64,000 nucleotides of DNA, taken from positions 1-64,000 of IMG/VR virus record IMGVR_UViG_3300016472_000848. One strand, 5' to 3'. Positions within the stretch are counted from its first letter, which is position 1. Each line of letters starts with the position of its first letter. Below are positions 46,583 through 56,517 of this stretch, one piece after another. The position numbers were made by a program, and so were the translations under genes. Source of the stretch: an uncultured virus (IMG/VR IMGVR_UViG_3300016472_000848) (lineage: Duplodnaviria; Heunggongvirae; Uroviricota; Caudoviricetes). The notes beneath the pieces were generated by a model. It saw only the letters and a program-made list of their open reading frames with translations. It ran no database searches and was not told the origin of the DNA.

Positions 46583-47227
46583 ATGTTAATAAGTTTTAAA
46601 AAATGTCTTCAAACATATGGTAACCCAATAAACGGAGTAATTCATATTGGTGCTCATCATGGTGAAGAGATAAAAGATTATGCAGAGGCAAACGTTAAAG
46701 CTGTTGTTTGGTTTGAGGCTAATAAGACATTAATGAAAAATCTTTTTGATAATACAAACAGATATTCAAATGTTAATCAGGAATATTTTTGTCAAGTTTT
46801 ATCTGATAACGACAATGAAGATGTTGAGTTTCATATAACAAATGATCCACAAGCAAGCTCTATTTTAGAGCTTGGAACTGTAGAAAAACATTATCCTCAT
46901 ATTAAAGTTGTTGAAACTAAAAAATTAAAAACTATTTCATTTAATTCATTTTACCATGCAAATAAACAAAAATTTGAAATTCAAAAATTTGATTTTATTA
47001 ATCTTGATGTACAAGGTGCTGAATTAAAAGTACTGAAAGGATTTAAAGATTTATTAAGATTAGAATCTATCAAATGCATTTATACAGAAGTTAATTTTGA
47101 GCATTTATATAAAAATGTTCCTTTAGTAAATGAAATTGATGAATATCTTAAAGTTTTTGGGTTTGAAAGAATTATTACTGTAAACACTCAATATAATTGG
47201 GGAGATGCCTTGTACTTGAGAAAATAA
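46583..47227 (+). CDS. FkbM-family methyltransferase
   Basis: VIHIGAHHGEE, WFEAN, LDVQGAEL, YTEV, WGDALY. Confidence 0.9.
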   Translation: MLISFKKCLQTYGNPINGVIHIGAHHGEEIKDYAEANVKAVVWFEANKTLMKNLFDNTNRYSNVNQEYFCQVLSDNDNEDVEFHITNDPQASSILELGTVEKHYPHIKVVETKKLKTISFNSFYHANKQKFEIQKFDFINLDVQGAELKVLKGFKDLLRLESIKCIYTEVNFEHLYKNVPLVNEIDEYLKVFGFERIITVNTQYNWGDALYLRK

Positions 47228-47228
47228 A

Positions 47229-48080
47229 ATGGAAAAACCTATAGTATTATTGTACGACAACGAGAACTACAGAGGACCAGGAAAAGTTGTAAAAAATCTA
47301 AAATTAGGTCTTCAAAAAAATAATATTGTTTTTGGAAATGAAAGTTTACTATCACAACGAATAGATTCTCACATTGGTATATTACAGTTAATAAATGGAT
47401 GGGAAAGATGCAGTGCAAACTCTTTAGTAGGTCCGAATTTATTTGTTTTACCTAGAGAAAATAAAAAATTTTCAAAATATTTCAAACATTTTAATGTGCC
47501 ATCAAAATGGGTCTTCGATTTATATCGAAGATTCTCAGAACTTGATCACGCACAAATTGATATTTGGTCTGTAGGAATCGATACAGAAAAATGGAAAGTA
47601 GAAAGTAGAAATGAAGATAACTTGAAATGTCTTCTTTATTTTAAAAATCGTTCTCAACAAGATTTACATGTTGTAAGAAAAATCTTAAAAAAATATAATA
47701 TAGAATATAGAGAATTACAATATGGTTCTTATACAGAGGAACAGTTACTTGAAACCTGTAGTTGGGCAAATTTTGGTATATTACTCACCAATACAGAATC
47801 ACAAGGAATTGGCTACATGGAGATATTATCTACAAATCTACCATGCTTTGTGTTTAACAAGTCTACTTGGAATTACGATGGTGCTTATGAAACGGTGCCA
47901 GCAACAAGTGTTCCATATTTTAATGAAAAATGTGGCGAAATAGTTGAAAATGTAGATTTAAAAAAATTTGAAGATTTTTTAAATTCCGTAAATAAAAAAA
48001 TATATTCTCCAAGAGATTATATAACTAAAAATCATTCCTTAGAAATATCAGCAAGGAATTATTATAATCTATTCAAGTGA
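47229..48080 (+). CDS. Putative GT-B glycosyltransferase
   Basis: GPGKV, VPSKWV, VGIDT, TESQGIGYME. Confidence 0.7.
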   Translation: MEKPIVLLYDNENYRGPGKVVKNLKLGLQKNNIVFGNESLLSQRIDSHIGILQLINGWERCSANSLVGPNLFVLPRENKKFSKYFKHFNVPSKWVFDLYRRFSELDHAQIDIWSVGIDTEKWKVESRNEDNLKCLLYFKNRSQQDLHVVRKILKKYNIEYRELQYGSYTEEQLLETCSWANFGILLTNTESQGIGYMEILSTNLPCFVFNKSTWNYDGAYETVPATSVPYFNEKCGEIVENVDLKKFEDFLNSVNKKIYSPRDYITKNHSLEISARNYYNLFK

Positions 48081-48089
48081 GAAATATAA

Positions 48090-48773
48090 ATGAGTTATAG
48101 TCTATCAAAATCTTGTCAAATAAAAAATTTGTCTAATATATATGAAAAATTATTTGGACCAAATAAATTAGATGGCCATTTTGTTGAAGTAGGCGCTTAC
48201 GATGGAGAGAGTTTTTCTAATACTTCTGGTTTAGCAGATTGCGGTTGGAATGGATTGTATATAGAGCCAATAAAAGAATTGGCAACTGCATGTGCCAATA
48301 GGCATTCTAAAAATAAAGTTTTAGTTGCAAATGTCGCAATAGGTCCAGAGGAAAAAATAGTTGACATATATTATGGTCATAGTTTAACAACTTTGAAAAA
48401 AGAACAAGTTGAGATGTATGAGCAAATTGATTGGGCAAAAGGGCACCACCAAGGTAAAACTTTTAAAGTCAAACAAATGCCATTGGAAAAGGTTTTGCAA
48501 AAATCTCAAGTTCCTGTAAACTTCGATTTACTTGTTGTAGATGTTGAAGGATTTGAATATGAAGTGTTTAAGTCGTTTGACTTAAATATCTGGAAACCAA
48601 AAGTAATGATAGTTGAAATAGAAGACCAGCATCCTAGTTTTGAAAAATTTTCTAATTTTACAAATTCGTGCAAAGAGTTGAGGAACTATATTACAAACAA
48701 TGGTTATTTTCAATTCTATGTCGATGAAATTAATACTATTTTTGTTTCCGATGAAATGAAAGATGGGTTATGA
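48090..48773 (+). CDS. FkbM-family methyltransferase
   Basis: FVEVGAYDG...SNT, GWNGLYIEP, VDVEGFE. Confidence 0.9.
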   Translation: MSYSLSKSCQIKNLSNIYEKLFGPNKLDGHFVEVGAYDGESFSNTSGLADCGWNGLYIEPIKELATACANRHSKNKVLVANVAIGPEEKIVDIYYGHSLTTLKKEQVEMYEQIDWAKGHHQGKTFKVKQMPLEKVLQKSQVPVNFDLLVVDVEGFEYEVFKSFDLNIWKPKVMIVEIEDQHPSFEKFSNFTNSCKELRNYITNNGYFQFYVDEINTIFVSDEMKDGL

Positions 48774-49606
48774 CTAATATAGTAGCATCAACAATAACTC
48801 CATGTTTTAGAATGCAAAAATATCTGAAACTTTTTTTAGAAGAATTACCAAAACAAACATTTTTTAATCATCTTGAAGTTGTATTGGATCACAATGAACC
48901 AACCGAAGAAGAATTAATTTGGGTAAAAGATTTTCAAGAAAAATACCCTAATAGATTAAAGCACATTGTAGTTAATCCTGTTGAGCCAATAGGAACATCA
49001 ATGAATAGATGCATCAAAGAAGCATCTGGAAGATTTCTAACAATTTGGAATGTTGATGATCTTAGAACTCCAGATAGCATAGAAAAACAAGTTAAATTAT
49101 TGGAATTGAATTCATCATGTGATATTGCAAACGGTAATTTTATAATAGTTAAAAACTTTGGTTCAAAAAATGGTCAGTTAATTGATCATTCAATTTATTA
49201 TCCAGGTCACAAAGAATTTACAAGAGGAATGGTCTTGGGACCATTTTTTATGTTTAGAAAAACATTGATTGAAAAATCTGGTTTATTTGATGAGCAATTA
49301 AAAAGTGGAGCAGATTTTGATCTAGCAGTAAGAATGGGAATACATAATTCAAACATACTATGCACGCCAGGAGTTTTAGGTTATTATCTTAATGAAGGTA
49401 AAGGAGCTTCAACTAATGGTGACGGCAAGCAGCCAACTGAACGAACTGTCATAGAATTAAGATATGGAATTTATGATAAGATAGAGAAAGCTTGGCTAGA
49501 AAAGACTAAAAATTATAAAATAAATGAAATTTTGATTGATGGCAATTGGGAGCCTATAGAAAAATTTGTTCCAAATTATAATGAATTTATAAAAAATAAC
49601 ATATAA
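48770..49606 (+). CDS. GT2 glycosyltransferase
   Basis: STITPCF, WNVDD, GLFDEQLKSGADFDL. Confidence 0.85.
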   Translation: MTNIVASTITPCFRMQKYLKLFLEELPKQTFFNHLEVVLDHNEPTEEELIWVKDFQEKYPNRLKHIVVNPVEPIGTSMNRCIKEASGRFLTIWNVDDLRTPDSIEKQVKLLELNSSCDIANGNFIIVKNFGSKNGQLIDHSIYYPGHKEFTRGMVLGPFFMFRKTLIEKSGLFDEQLKSGADFDLAVRMGIHNSNILCTPGVLGYYLNEGKGASTNGDGKQPTERTVIELRYGIYDKIEKAWLEKTKNYKINEILIDGNWEPIEKFVPNYNEFIKNNI

Positions 49607-49621
49607 CATATATTGAGAAAC

Positions 49622-50506
49622 ATGAAATTAATTGCTCTAATTCCTTTTAAAAATGAAGAATGGATACTTCCAACTTGTTTATCCAGTTTAAAAAATGTCT
49701 GCGATGAAGTTATCTGTATTGATGACGCTTCGAGTGACAAAAGTAAAGAAATAGCAATTTCTTTTGGATGCAAAGTTTATGACAATGAAAAAATAACAAA
49801 TTTAGGATGGAGCGAACATCATATTAGAGAAAAACTTCTTTCTCTAGGAAGAGAAGCTGGTGGTACTCATTTCATTTGCATAGATGCTGACGAAGCTATT
49901 ACAGCACAATTTTCAAAAAATGCAAAAAAAATTTTAGAAAGTTTAAAACCAGGACAAAAATTAACCATGCAATGGTTAGCTATGTGGAAATCAATTCATC
50001 ATTACAGAAATGATAACAGCGTTTGGAGTAACAATTTTAAAGATTTTATTGTATGTGATGATAAGAAAATTTATTATGATTATAAATGGCTACATGTCGG
50101 CAGAACACCTGGCATCAACAATGAACAAACGTTATTAAGATTGAATCCTAAATTTGGTGCAATAATGCATTATCAGTTTTCAGATTGGACCAATTTTCAA
50201 ATAAAACAATGTTATTTGCGTTGTGCAGAATTAATAAAGCGTCCTGGCGCAGAAAATGCAATAAATCAACAATATTCGATAACCCTAGATAGTTCGGATG
50301 TATATGTAAATTTGGCACCAGAAGAATGGTATAAAGATTATATAATGCCTGATATGTTTTCTTTAAAAAAAGATTGGCGACTTCAAAGAATTATGAATTA
50401 TTTTGAAGAATGTGGACCTGGGTTTTTCAAAAATTTAGATATTTGGCATTTAAATCTTTTAAAAGATGAATATCGTAAAAATTTTGGGAAAGAAATTATT
50501 TTATGA
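49622..50506 (+). CDS. GT2-like glycosyltransferase
   Basis: IPFKNEE, CIDDASSD, CIDADE. Confidence 0.85.
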   Translation: MKLIALIPFKNEEWILPTCLSSLKNVCDEVICIDDASSDKSKEIAISFGCKVYDNEKITNLGWSEHHIREKLLSLGREAGGTHFICIDADEAITAQFSKNAKKILESLKPGQKLTMQWLAMWKSIHHYRNDNSVWSNNFKDFIVCDDKKIYYDYKWLHVGRTPGINNEQTLLRLNPKFGAIMHYQFSDWTNFQIKQCYLRCAELIKRPGAENAINQQYSITLDSSDVYVNLAPEEWYKDYIMPDMFSLKKDWRLQRIMNYFEECGPGFFKNLDIWHLNLLKDEYRKNFGKEIIL

Positions 50507-51486
50507 CAATGATTGTAGCTAAATGTCCGTTAAGAATTTCTTTAGTGGGAGGATCTACAGACTTAGATGCATTTATACAAAAATATAATACAGGATCAGT
50601 AATCAGTTTTCCTTCTGATTTATTTTGTTACATTTCTATTCACGATAATCATACTGATAAATTTATTATAAATTATTCTAAAAAAGAAGAAGTAAAATTT
50701 GTTCAAGAAATTAAAAATGATATTGCGAGAGTAGTTTTAGAATTTTTTGACATAAAAGACCCGATTACCATTTCTTTCAATACAGATATTCTTTCGGAAG
50801 GTTCTGGTTTGGCTAGTAGTTCTGCATATACAATCGCATGTGTAAAAGCAGTGAGTGTTTATAAAGGTTTGGCTTTATCAGATTTTGAAATATCTAAAAT
50901 ATCTCTAGAACTAGAAAGAATTTTTAATCCATTAACTGGATATCAAGATTCTTATGGGTGTGCCATTGGAGGATTTAAAAAGATTTCTTTTGTTAAAAAT
51001 AAAAGACCTTCTTTTACATATTTTGATAATCAATTTATTTATAGAAAATATGATTTATTTCTTTTGCATACGAACATTAAGAGAAACTCAACAGAAATAT
51101 TAAAAAGTGTAAATGTAGATAAAAGTTATCCACTTTTAAAATTAGTAGAAGAAACAGAAAAGGCAATTGAAGATAAAAACTATTTTTTATTTGAAAAGTT
51201 ATTGAATGACTCCTGGGAACAAAAGAAAAAAACATCTTCTTTGATAGCAGATTTTTTTGAATTAAAAAAAATTGATGATTTTTTAATGTCATTATTAAAT
51301 GACAACGTTATACAGACAATAAAATTATGTGGTGCTGGCGGCGGAGGCTATTTTTTAATTTTTGTAAACAAAGAAAAAACTCAAAATTTTATTAATATCG
51401 TTAAAAATGAAAAAAATAAAAATTATTTTGGAAATTTAATTTCGATTCACGTAAATGAAAGTGGAGTAATTGGAAATAAAATATGA
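50503..51486 (+). CDS. hddA: GHMP sugar kinase, HddA-like (heptose-7-phosphate kinase)
   Basis: PLRISLVGGSTD, GSGLASSSA, GYQD, KLCGAGGGG. Confidence 0.82.
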   Translation: MTMIVAKCPLRISLVGGSTDLDAFIQKYNTGSVISFPSDLFCYISIHDNHTDKFIINYSKKEEVKFVQEIKNDIARVVLEFFDIKDPITISFNTDILSEGSGLASSSAYTIACVKAVSVYKGLALSDFEISKISLELERIFNPLTGYQDSYGCAIGGFKKISFVKNKRPSFTYFDNQFIYRKYDLFLLHTNIKRNSTEILKSVNVDKSYPLLKLVEETEKAIEDKNYFLFEKLLNDSWEQKKKTSSLIADFFELKKIDDFLMSLLNDNVIQTIKLCGAGGGGYFLIFVNKEKTQNFINIVKNEKNKNYFGNLISIHVNESGVIGNKI

Positions 51487-51980
51487 ATAAAGAAAAATTA
51501 ATAGAAGAAATAAATTTAGCATATGAAAAAACAGCGCCATTAAAAGAAGCTGTAGAAAGTTACAGCCAAATTATAATTCTAGGAAATGGGGGAAGTCAAG
51601 CTGTTGCTTCACATATTTCTCAAGATTATTCAAAAAAATTAGGAAAAAAATCTTTTACATTTTCAGATCCATCTAGACTTACTTGTTATATAAATGATTT
51701 TGGAATGGAAAATGCAAATACTGAATTTTTAAAACAATTTGCAGATGATAAAACTTTAGTAATAATAATTTCATCGAGTGGCAATTCTATAAACATGCTA
51801 AATGCTGCACGTTTCTGCTCAGAACAAAAAATAAATTTTATTTCTTTAACTGGATTTCAAGAAAACAATAAATTAAAAACATTAAACTCTAAATATAAAT
51901 TATTTGATATGTGGGTTAATAGTTCTGACTATGGAATCGTTGAATGTGTTCATCAAATTTATCTACATTCCATCTTGTGA
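51483..51980 (+). CDS. gmhA: SIS-domain phosphoheptose isomerase-like protein
   Basis: GNGGSQAVASH, CYINDFG, ISSSGNS, YGIVECVH. Confidence 0.8.
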   Translation: MNKEKLIEEINLAYEKTAPLKEAVESYSQIIILGNGGSQAVASHISQDYSKKLGKKSFTFSDPSRLTCYINDFGMENANTEFLKQFADDKTLVIIISSSGNSINMLNAARFCSEQKINFISLTGFQENNKLKTLNSKYKLFDMWVNSSDYGIVECVHQIYLHSIL

Positions 51981-51983
51981 TTT

Positions 51984-52295
51984 ATGACTATATATGCTTT
52001 TGATATAGATGGAACAATTTGCACCTCAGTTAAGAATAGTGCTTACGAAGAAGCGGTTCCTTATAAAGAAATGATAGAAAAAATTAATGACCTTTACAAT
52101 GAAGGTCATTACATAAAAATTTTTACTGCAAGAGGAAGTGTTTCTGGTAAAGATTGGACGGAATTTACTTCTAAACAATTAAATTCTTGGGGATTATTAT
52201 ATCATGAACTTATCACTAACAAAAAACCACATTTTGATTTATTGATTGATGATAAAGCTATTAATGTAGCTGAATTTAGAAAACGTTTTCTGTAA
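51984..52295 (+). CDS. Minimal HAD-family phosphatase
   Basis: FDIDGTI, FTARG, KKP, IDDKA. Confidence 0.85.
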   Translation: MTIYAFDIDGTICTSVKNSAYEEAVPYKEMIEKINDLYNEGHYIKIFTARGSVSGKDWTEFTSKQLNSWGLLYHELITNKKPHFDLLIDDKAINVAEFRKRFL

Positions 52296-52311
52296 AGCAA
52301 AGGATATCGAA

Positions 52312-52935
52312 ATGAGTCGTGCAAGCTATCTACAACATAACTCTGAATACATTTCAGATGGAAAATATGAATATGAAAAACAATGTCATTTAAATAATAC
52401 ATTAAATAATGTTCAATATAACGAAGATTCTCCTTTGGGAAAGTTGCTTGATGAAAATCCCAATATTGGAATTGGAGTAGATATAGGATGTGGAACCGGC
52501 TGGGTAGCCAATTTAATGTCTCAAACAATGCATTCTGTTTATGCAATAGAACCATCATTAGCGGCTATAAAAATAGGAAAGCAAATATATCCAGACAATA
52601 ATAAAATACGTTGGATGCATGGTTTTGCACAAGATCATATAAAAAATTTATCTTTATCAGAGCCAGCAATATTTAATTGCTTTTGCGTTTTAAGTCACTT
52701 GGAAGATGATGACGTTATTGAAATCTGCGAACAAATTAATATAGTTTCAAAAGCTGGTTCATTGCTATCATTTTCAGAATGTTTTGGCTGCGATTATCAT
52801 TCGCACTTATGGCATATACGCGAAAAAGATTGGTGGCAAAAAAGATTTATTAATTGGGATATAGATTTTTTTGGTCCATCTTTAGTTGGACCAAAAGATG
52901 CAAGAAAAGCTTTTTCTGCTAAGAAAAAAATTTGA
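52312..52935 (+). CDS. Class I SAM-dependent methyltransferase
   Basis: VDIGCGTG, AIEPS, VLSHL. Confidence 0.85.
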   Translation: MSRASYLQHNSEYISDGKYEYEKQCHLNNTLNNVQYNEDSPLGKLLDENPNIGIGVDIGCGTGWVANLMSQTMHSVYAIEPSLAAIKIGKQIYPDNNKIRWMHGFAQDHIKNLSLSEPAIFNCFCVLSHLEDDDVIEICEQINIVSKAGSLLSFSECFGCDYHSHLWHIREKDWWQKRFINWDIDFFGPSLVGPKDARKAFSAKKKI

Positions 52936-52941
52936 GGAAAT

Positions 52942-53865
52942 ATGTCTAAAGCTATTATAGTTGGTGGAGCAGGTTTTATTGGTAGTAATGTAGTTGATTA
53001 TATCGTAAATGGCGAACGCAAGTGGAACGAGATAGTTGTTATAGACAATTTATCTACTGGAAAAAAAGAAAATATAAATTCAAAAGCAAAATTAATAGTT
53101 GCCGACATAACAAATTACGAAGAAATAGAGCCTCATTTCAAAGATGCAACTCATGTTTGGCATTTGGCTGCATTGCCCAGAGTTGAACCTTCCATAAAAG
53201 ATCCAATATTGTTTAATAATATAAATGTAAATGGCACGTTAAATGTTTTTATGGCTTGTAAAAAACATAATGTTAAAAATATTGTTTTTTCTTCATCATC
53301 ATCAGTTTACGGAGAACCAAAATATCATCCTACTGATGAAAATGCAGAATTGAATCCAATGAGTCCATATGCATTGCAAAAACTTCACGGAGAACAATAC
53401 GCAAAATTATTTTGTGAATTATATAAAATGAATATTTGCTGTTTAAGATATTTTAATGTTTATGGAAATAGAGAACCAACAGAAGGTGCATATGTTCCCG
53501 TAATAGGAATCTGGCTAAGGCAATACAAACAAGGAAAAAATTTAACAATTACTGGTGACGGTAAACAAACTAGAGATTTTGTAAATGTATTAAATGTAGC
53601 GGAAGCAAATTATGGCGCAGCTTTTAATGCTCCTGAAGGTTTCAGTGTTTTTAATGTTGGCTCCGGTAAAAATTACGAATTAAATGTTGCTGCTCGATGG
53701 ATTTGTAGTGATGAATCAAAAATAGAGTATATTTCACCAAGAATAGAACCTAAAACTACTTTAGCGGACATATCTAAATTAAAAAAAATGTTAGGTAAAA
53801 ATACCTATTCAATTTTTGATTTAAAGAAATATCTTATAGAAAGTATTAAAAATGAAACATTATAA
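52942..53865 (+). CDS. NAD-dependent nucleotide-sugar epimerase/dehydratase
   Basis: GGAGFIG, HLAA, SSSSVYG, YALQK, RYFNVYG. Confidence 0.93.
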   Translation: MSKAIIVGGAGFIGSNVVDYIVNGERKWNEIVVIDNLSTGKKENINSKAKLIVADITNYEEIEPHFKDATHVWHLAALPRVEPSIKDPILFNNINVNGTLNVFMACKKHNVKNIVFSSSSSVYGEPKYHPTDENAELNPMSPYALQKLHGEQYAKLFCELYKMNICCLRYFNVYGNREPTEGAYVPVIGIWLRQYKQGKNLTITGDGKQTRDFVNVLNVAEANYGAAFNAPEGFSVFNVGSGKNYELNVAARWICSDESKIEYISPRIEPKTTLADISKLKKMLGKNTYSIFDLKKYLIESIKNETL

Positions 53866-54496
53866 AGTAATAACAGATTTTCCAGTTGCAATAACGTCGC
53901 CAGACCATATATTTCCAGTAGGAACAAAAAATGATAATTCAACGCATTCTGGCTACATAGAAGAAGTAGAATCATACTTTCAAAACAAAAAAATAAACAT
54001 AATGGACATTGGATGTGCCGGTGGTCAATTGGCTGTTGATTTTCACAATAGGGGTCATTTATCATTTGGAATTGAAGGAAGCGATTACAATATTAAAAAT
54101 AAACAATTTAATTGGCCTGCACATTATCAAAATGTTTTATGGACAGCAGATTTAACAAAAACATTTAAAGTAGTAGATGAAAAAGAAGATGAAATTTTAT
54201 TTGATTTAATATCTGCATGGGAAGTCGTAGAACATATTCATCCAGATCATTTAGAAGTTTTTTTTGAAAATATAATATCAAAATTAAAACCAGATGGTAT
54301 TTTTATTGCTAGTATAAATCTAGGTCCAGATGATAGAATAGACAGCAAAGGAAATGTTATTCATTTACACCAGTCTGTTTTTTCCGAATCACATTGGAAA
54401 CAAAAAATTTTAGATAAAAGAAATGTAACAGCATATCCTTTCCGAAACAAAGTTAGAGATTCAATAAATTCATTTTATATAGGAATTAGAAAGTAA
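53852..54496 (+). CDS. Class I SAM-dependent methyltransferase
   Basis: MDIGCAGG, GIEGS, AWEVVEH. Confidence 0.85.
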   Translation: MKHYKVITDFPVAITSPDHIFPVGTKNDNSTHSGYIEEVESYFQNKKINIMDIGCAGGQLAVDFHNRGHLSFGIEGSDYNIKNKQFNWPAHYQNVLWTADLTKTFKVVDEKEDEILFDLISAWEVVEHIHPDHLEVFFENIISKLKPDGIFIASINLGPDDRIDSKGNVIHLHQSVFSESHWKQKILDKRNVTAYPFRNKVRDSINSFYIGIRK

Positions 54497-54499
54497 ATA

Positions 54500-55660
54500 A
54501 TGAATAGAAAAATAAAAATAGCTTTTATTAAGTTTGGTGGATTAGCCGCTGGAGGCACCGAAAAGTACCTCCAGCAAATCGCAGCAAATCTTCCTAAAGA
54601 AAAATTTATTGTAGATTATTTTTATTGTGATGCCGCTCCGTATCTTGGATCTGATTATAAACATGCAGATACCGATTCAAATAGATTACAATACATGCAA
54701 GAAAATAATGTCAATTTAATTAAATTTAATGTAAAATATAAAAATATAACCGTTCCGACTCACGATTGGATCGATACCGATTTTTGGGAAAAATTTAATG
54801 AAAAAAATTATGATCTTATTCAGACAGGTCGGGCAGGACACTCAGAGTATCCATTTACTAAAATTACAAATACTCCAATAATAGACAGCATTCATTTACC
54901 AGGAATGGTTGACAATCAACAGAACATTGCAAAAGTTATTCATGTTAGTGAATGGAATAAAAATATTTGGATTAAAAATGGCGGAAATCCATCAAAAGCA
55001 GAAGTTATTTATTTGCCAATAAAAATTCCAAATATAATATCAAAAGAATCTTTTAAAAAAGAATTTGGTATTGAAAATAAATTTATAGTTGGATTACATC
55101 AAAGAAATGATGAAAACATATTTTCATCGTGGCCATTAAAAGCTTTTTCTGAGTTACCTGATGACAACAACATCTTTGTATTACTTGGTGGCAGTGAAAA
55201 ACATATTCAACAAGCAAAAGAATTAAAATTGAATAATTTTATTCATATTCCGTTTTCTGGTGACATGAATATTGTATATAAATTTTTAAATACATTGGAT
55301 GTATATCTGCATGGCAGAAAAGACGGTGAAATAAATTCGCAATCAATAGCAGAAGCTTTATATTTTGGATTGCCCATTATTAGTCATAATGGTTTAAATG
55401 CCAATGGTCATATTGAAACAATTGGAGATGCGGGTATCGTTCACGAAACATATGAAAAATACACTGAAGAGTTAAAGAATTATAAAAATAATTCAGAACT
55501 CAGAAATCTCCTTTCGAAAAACGCAAAAAGAAGATTTCAAGAAAAATATTCATTTGATAAAATCATAAATCAAATAATTCAAATTTATGAAAAAGTTGTA
55601 AATGATAATCTAACGATAGAATCAAATGAAAAATGGTTGCAAGAATGGTTGAATGATTAA
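54500..55660 (+). CDS. GT4 glycosyltransferase
   Basis: GGTEK, GEINSQSIAEALYFGLPII. Confidence 0.85.
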   Translation: MNRKIKIAFIKFGGLAAGGTEKYLQQIAANLPKEKFIVDYFYCDAAPYLGSDYKHADTDSNRLQYMQENNVNLIKFNVKYKNITVPTHDWIDTDFWEKFNEKNYDLIQTGRAGHSEYPFTKITNTPIIDSIHLPGMVDNQQNIAKVIHVSEWNKNIWIKNGGNPSKAEVIYLPIKIPNIISKESFKKEFGIENKFIVGLHQRNDENIFSSWPLKAFSELPDDNNIFVLLGGSEKHIQQAKELKLNNFIHIPFSGDMNIVYKFLNTLDVYLHGRKDGEINSQSIAEALYFGLPIISHNGLNANGHIETIGDAGIVHETYEKYTEELKNYKNNSELRNLLSKNAKRRFQEKYSFDKIINQIIQIYEKVVNDNLTIESNEKWLQEWLND

Positions 55661-55683
55661 AATTAAATAATCAAGAGGAAAAA

Positions 55684-56517
55684 ATGAAATACTTGGTTCT
55701 TGGATCTGCTGGTCAAATAGGTTATCCATTAGTTAATTTCTTAAAAGAAAGAAATTATCAAGTTTTAGAATTTGATATAGAAGATGATTCTTTAAAAGAT
55801 TTAAGAATTGATAAAAATATTTTGCTAGAAACGTATATTCGAGATGCAGATTTTGTGTTTTTCTTGGCATTTGATGTTGGAGGTTCAAGATATCTATCAA
55901 AGTATCAGCATACTTTTGAATTTCTTCATAATAATGTAAAGTTAATGTCAAATACTTTTGAATTATTAGATCGATATAAAAAACCATTTATTTTCGCATC
56001 AAGTCAAATGTCCAATATGTCATATTCACCATATGGTGTAGCAAAAGCAATTGGAGAAAGATATACCGATTCATTAAATGGAATTACTGTAAAATTTTGG
56101 AATGTATACGGACCAGAAAAAAATTTGGAAAAATCACATGTCATAACTGATTTTATTTTAAAAGCGAAAAATGAAAAAGAAATAAAAATGCTTACTGATG
56201 GGACAGAAGTAAGACAGTTTTTACACGCAGATGATTGTGCAAATGCTTTACTTATTTTAAGTAAATTATATGATTCTTTGGAAAGAAAAAAAGAATACCA
56301 TATAACAAATTTTAAATGGAATACAATACTAGATGTAGCAGAAGCTATTTCGGAAAATTTTGGCGGAGTAAAAATAACTCCGGCAGAATCAAAAGATACG
56401 GTTCAAAAAGACAAGAGAAATGAGCCAGATGAATATGTGTTGAAATTTTGGAAACCAGAAATTAATTTAAAAGAAGGAATTAAGAAAATTATAGATTTTA
56501 TGGAGAAGCAAAAATGA
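55684..56517 (+). CDS. NAD-dependent epimerase/reductase (extended SDR)
   Basis: GSAGQIG, LAFDVGG, YGVAK, FWNVYGP. Confidence 0.88.
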   Translation: MKYLVLGSAGQIGYPLVNFLKERNYQVLEFDIEDDSLKDLRIDKNILLETYIRDADFVFFLAFDVGGSRYLSKYQHTFEFLHNNVKLMSNTFELLDRYKKPFIFASSQMSNMSYSPYGVAKAIGERYTDSLNGITVKFWNVYGPEKNLEKSHVITDFILKAKNEKEIKMLTDGTEVRQFLHADDCANALLILSKLYDSLERKKEYHITNFKWNTILDVAEAISENFGGVKITPAESKDTVQKDKRNEPDEYVLKFWKPEINLKEGIKKIIDFMEKQK

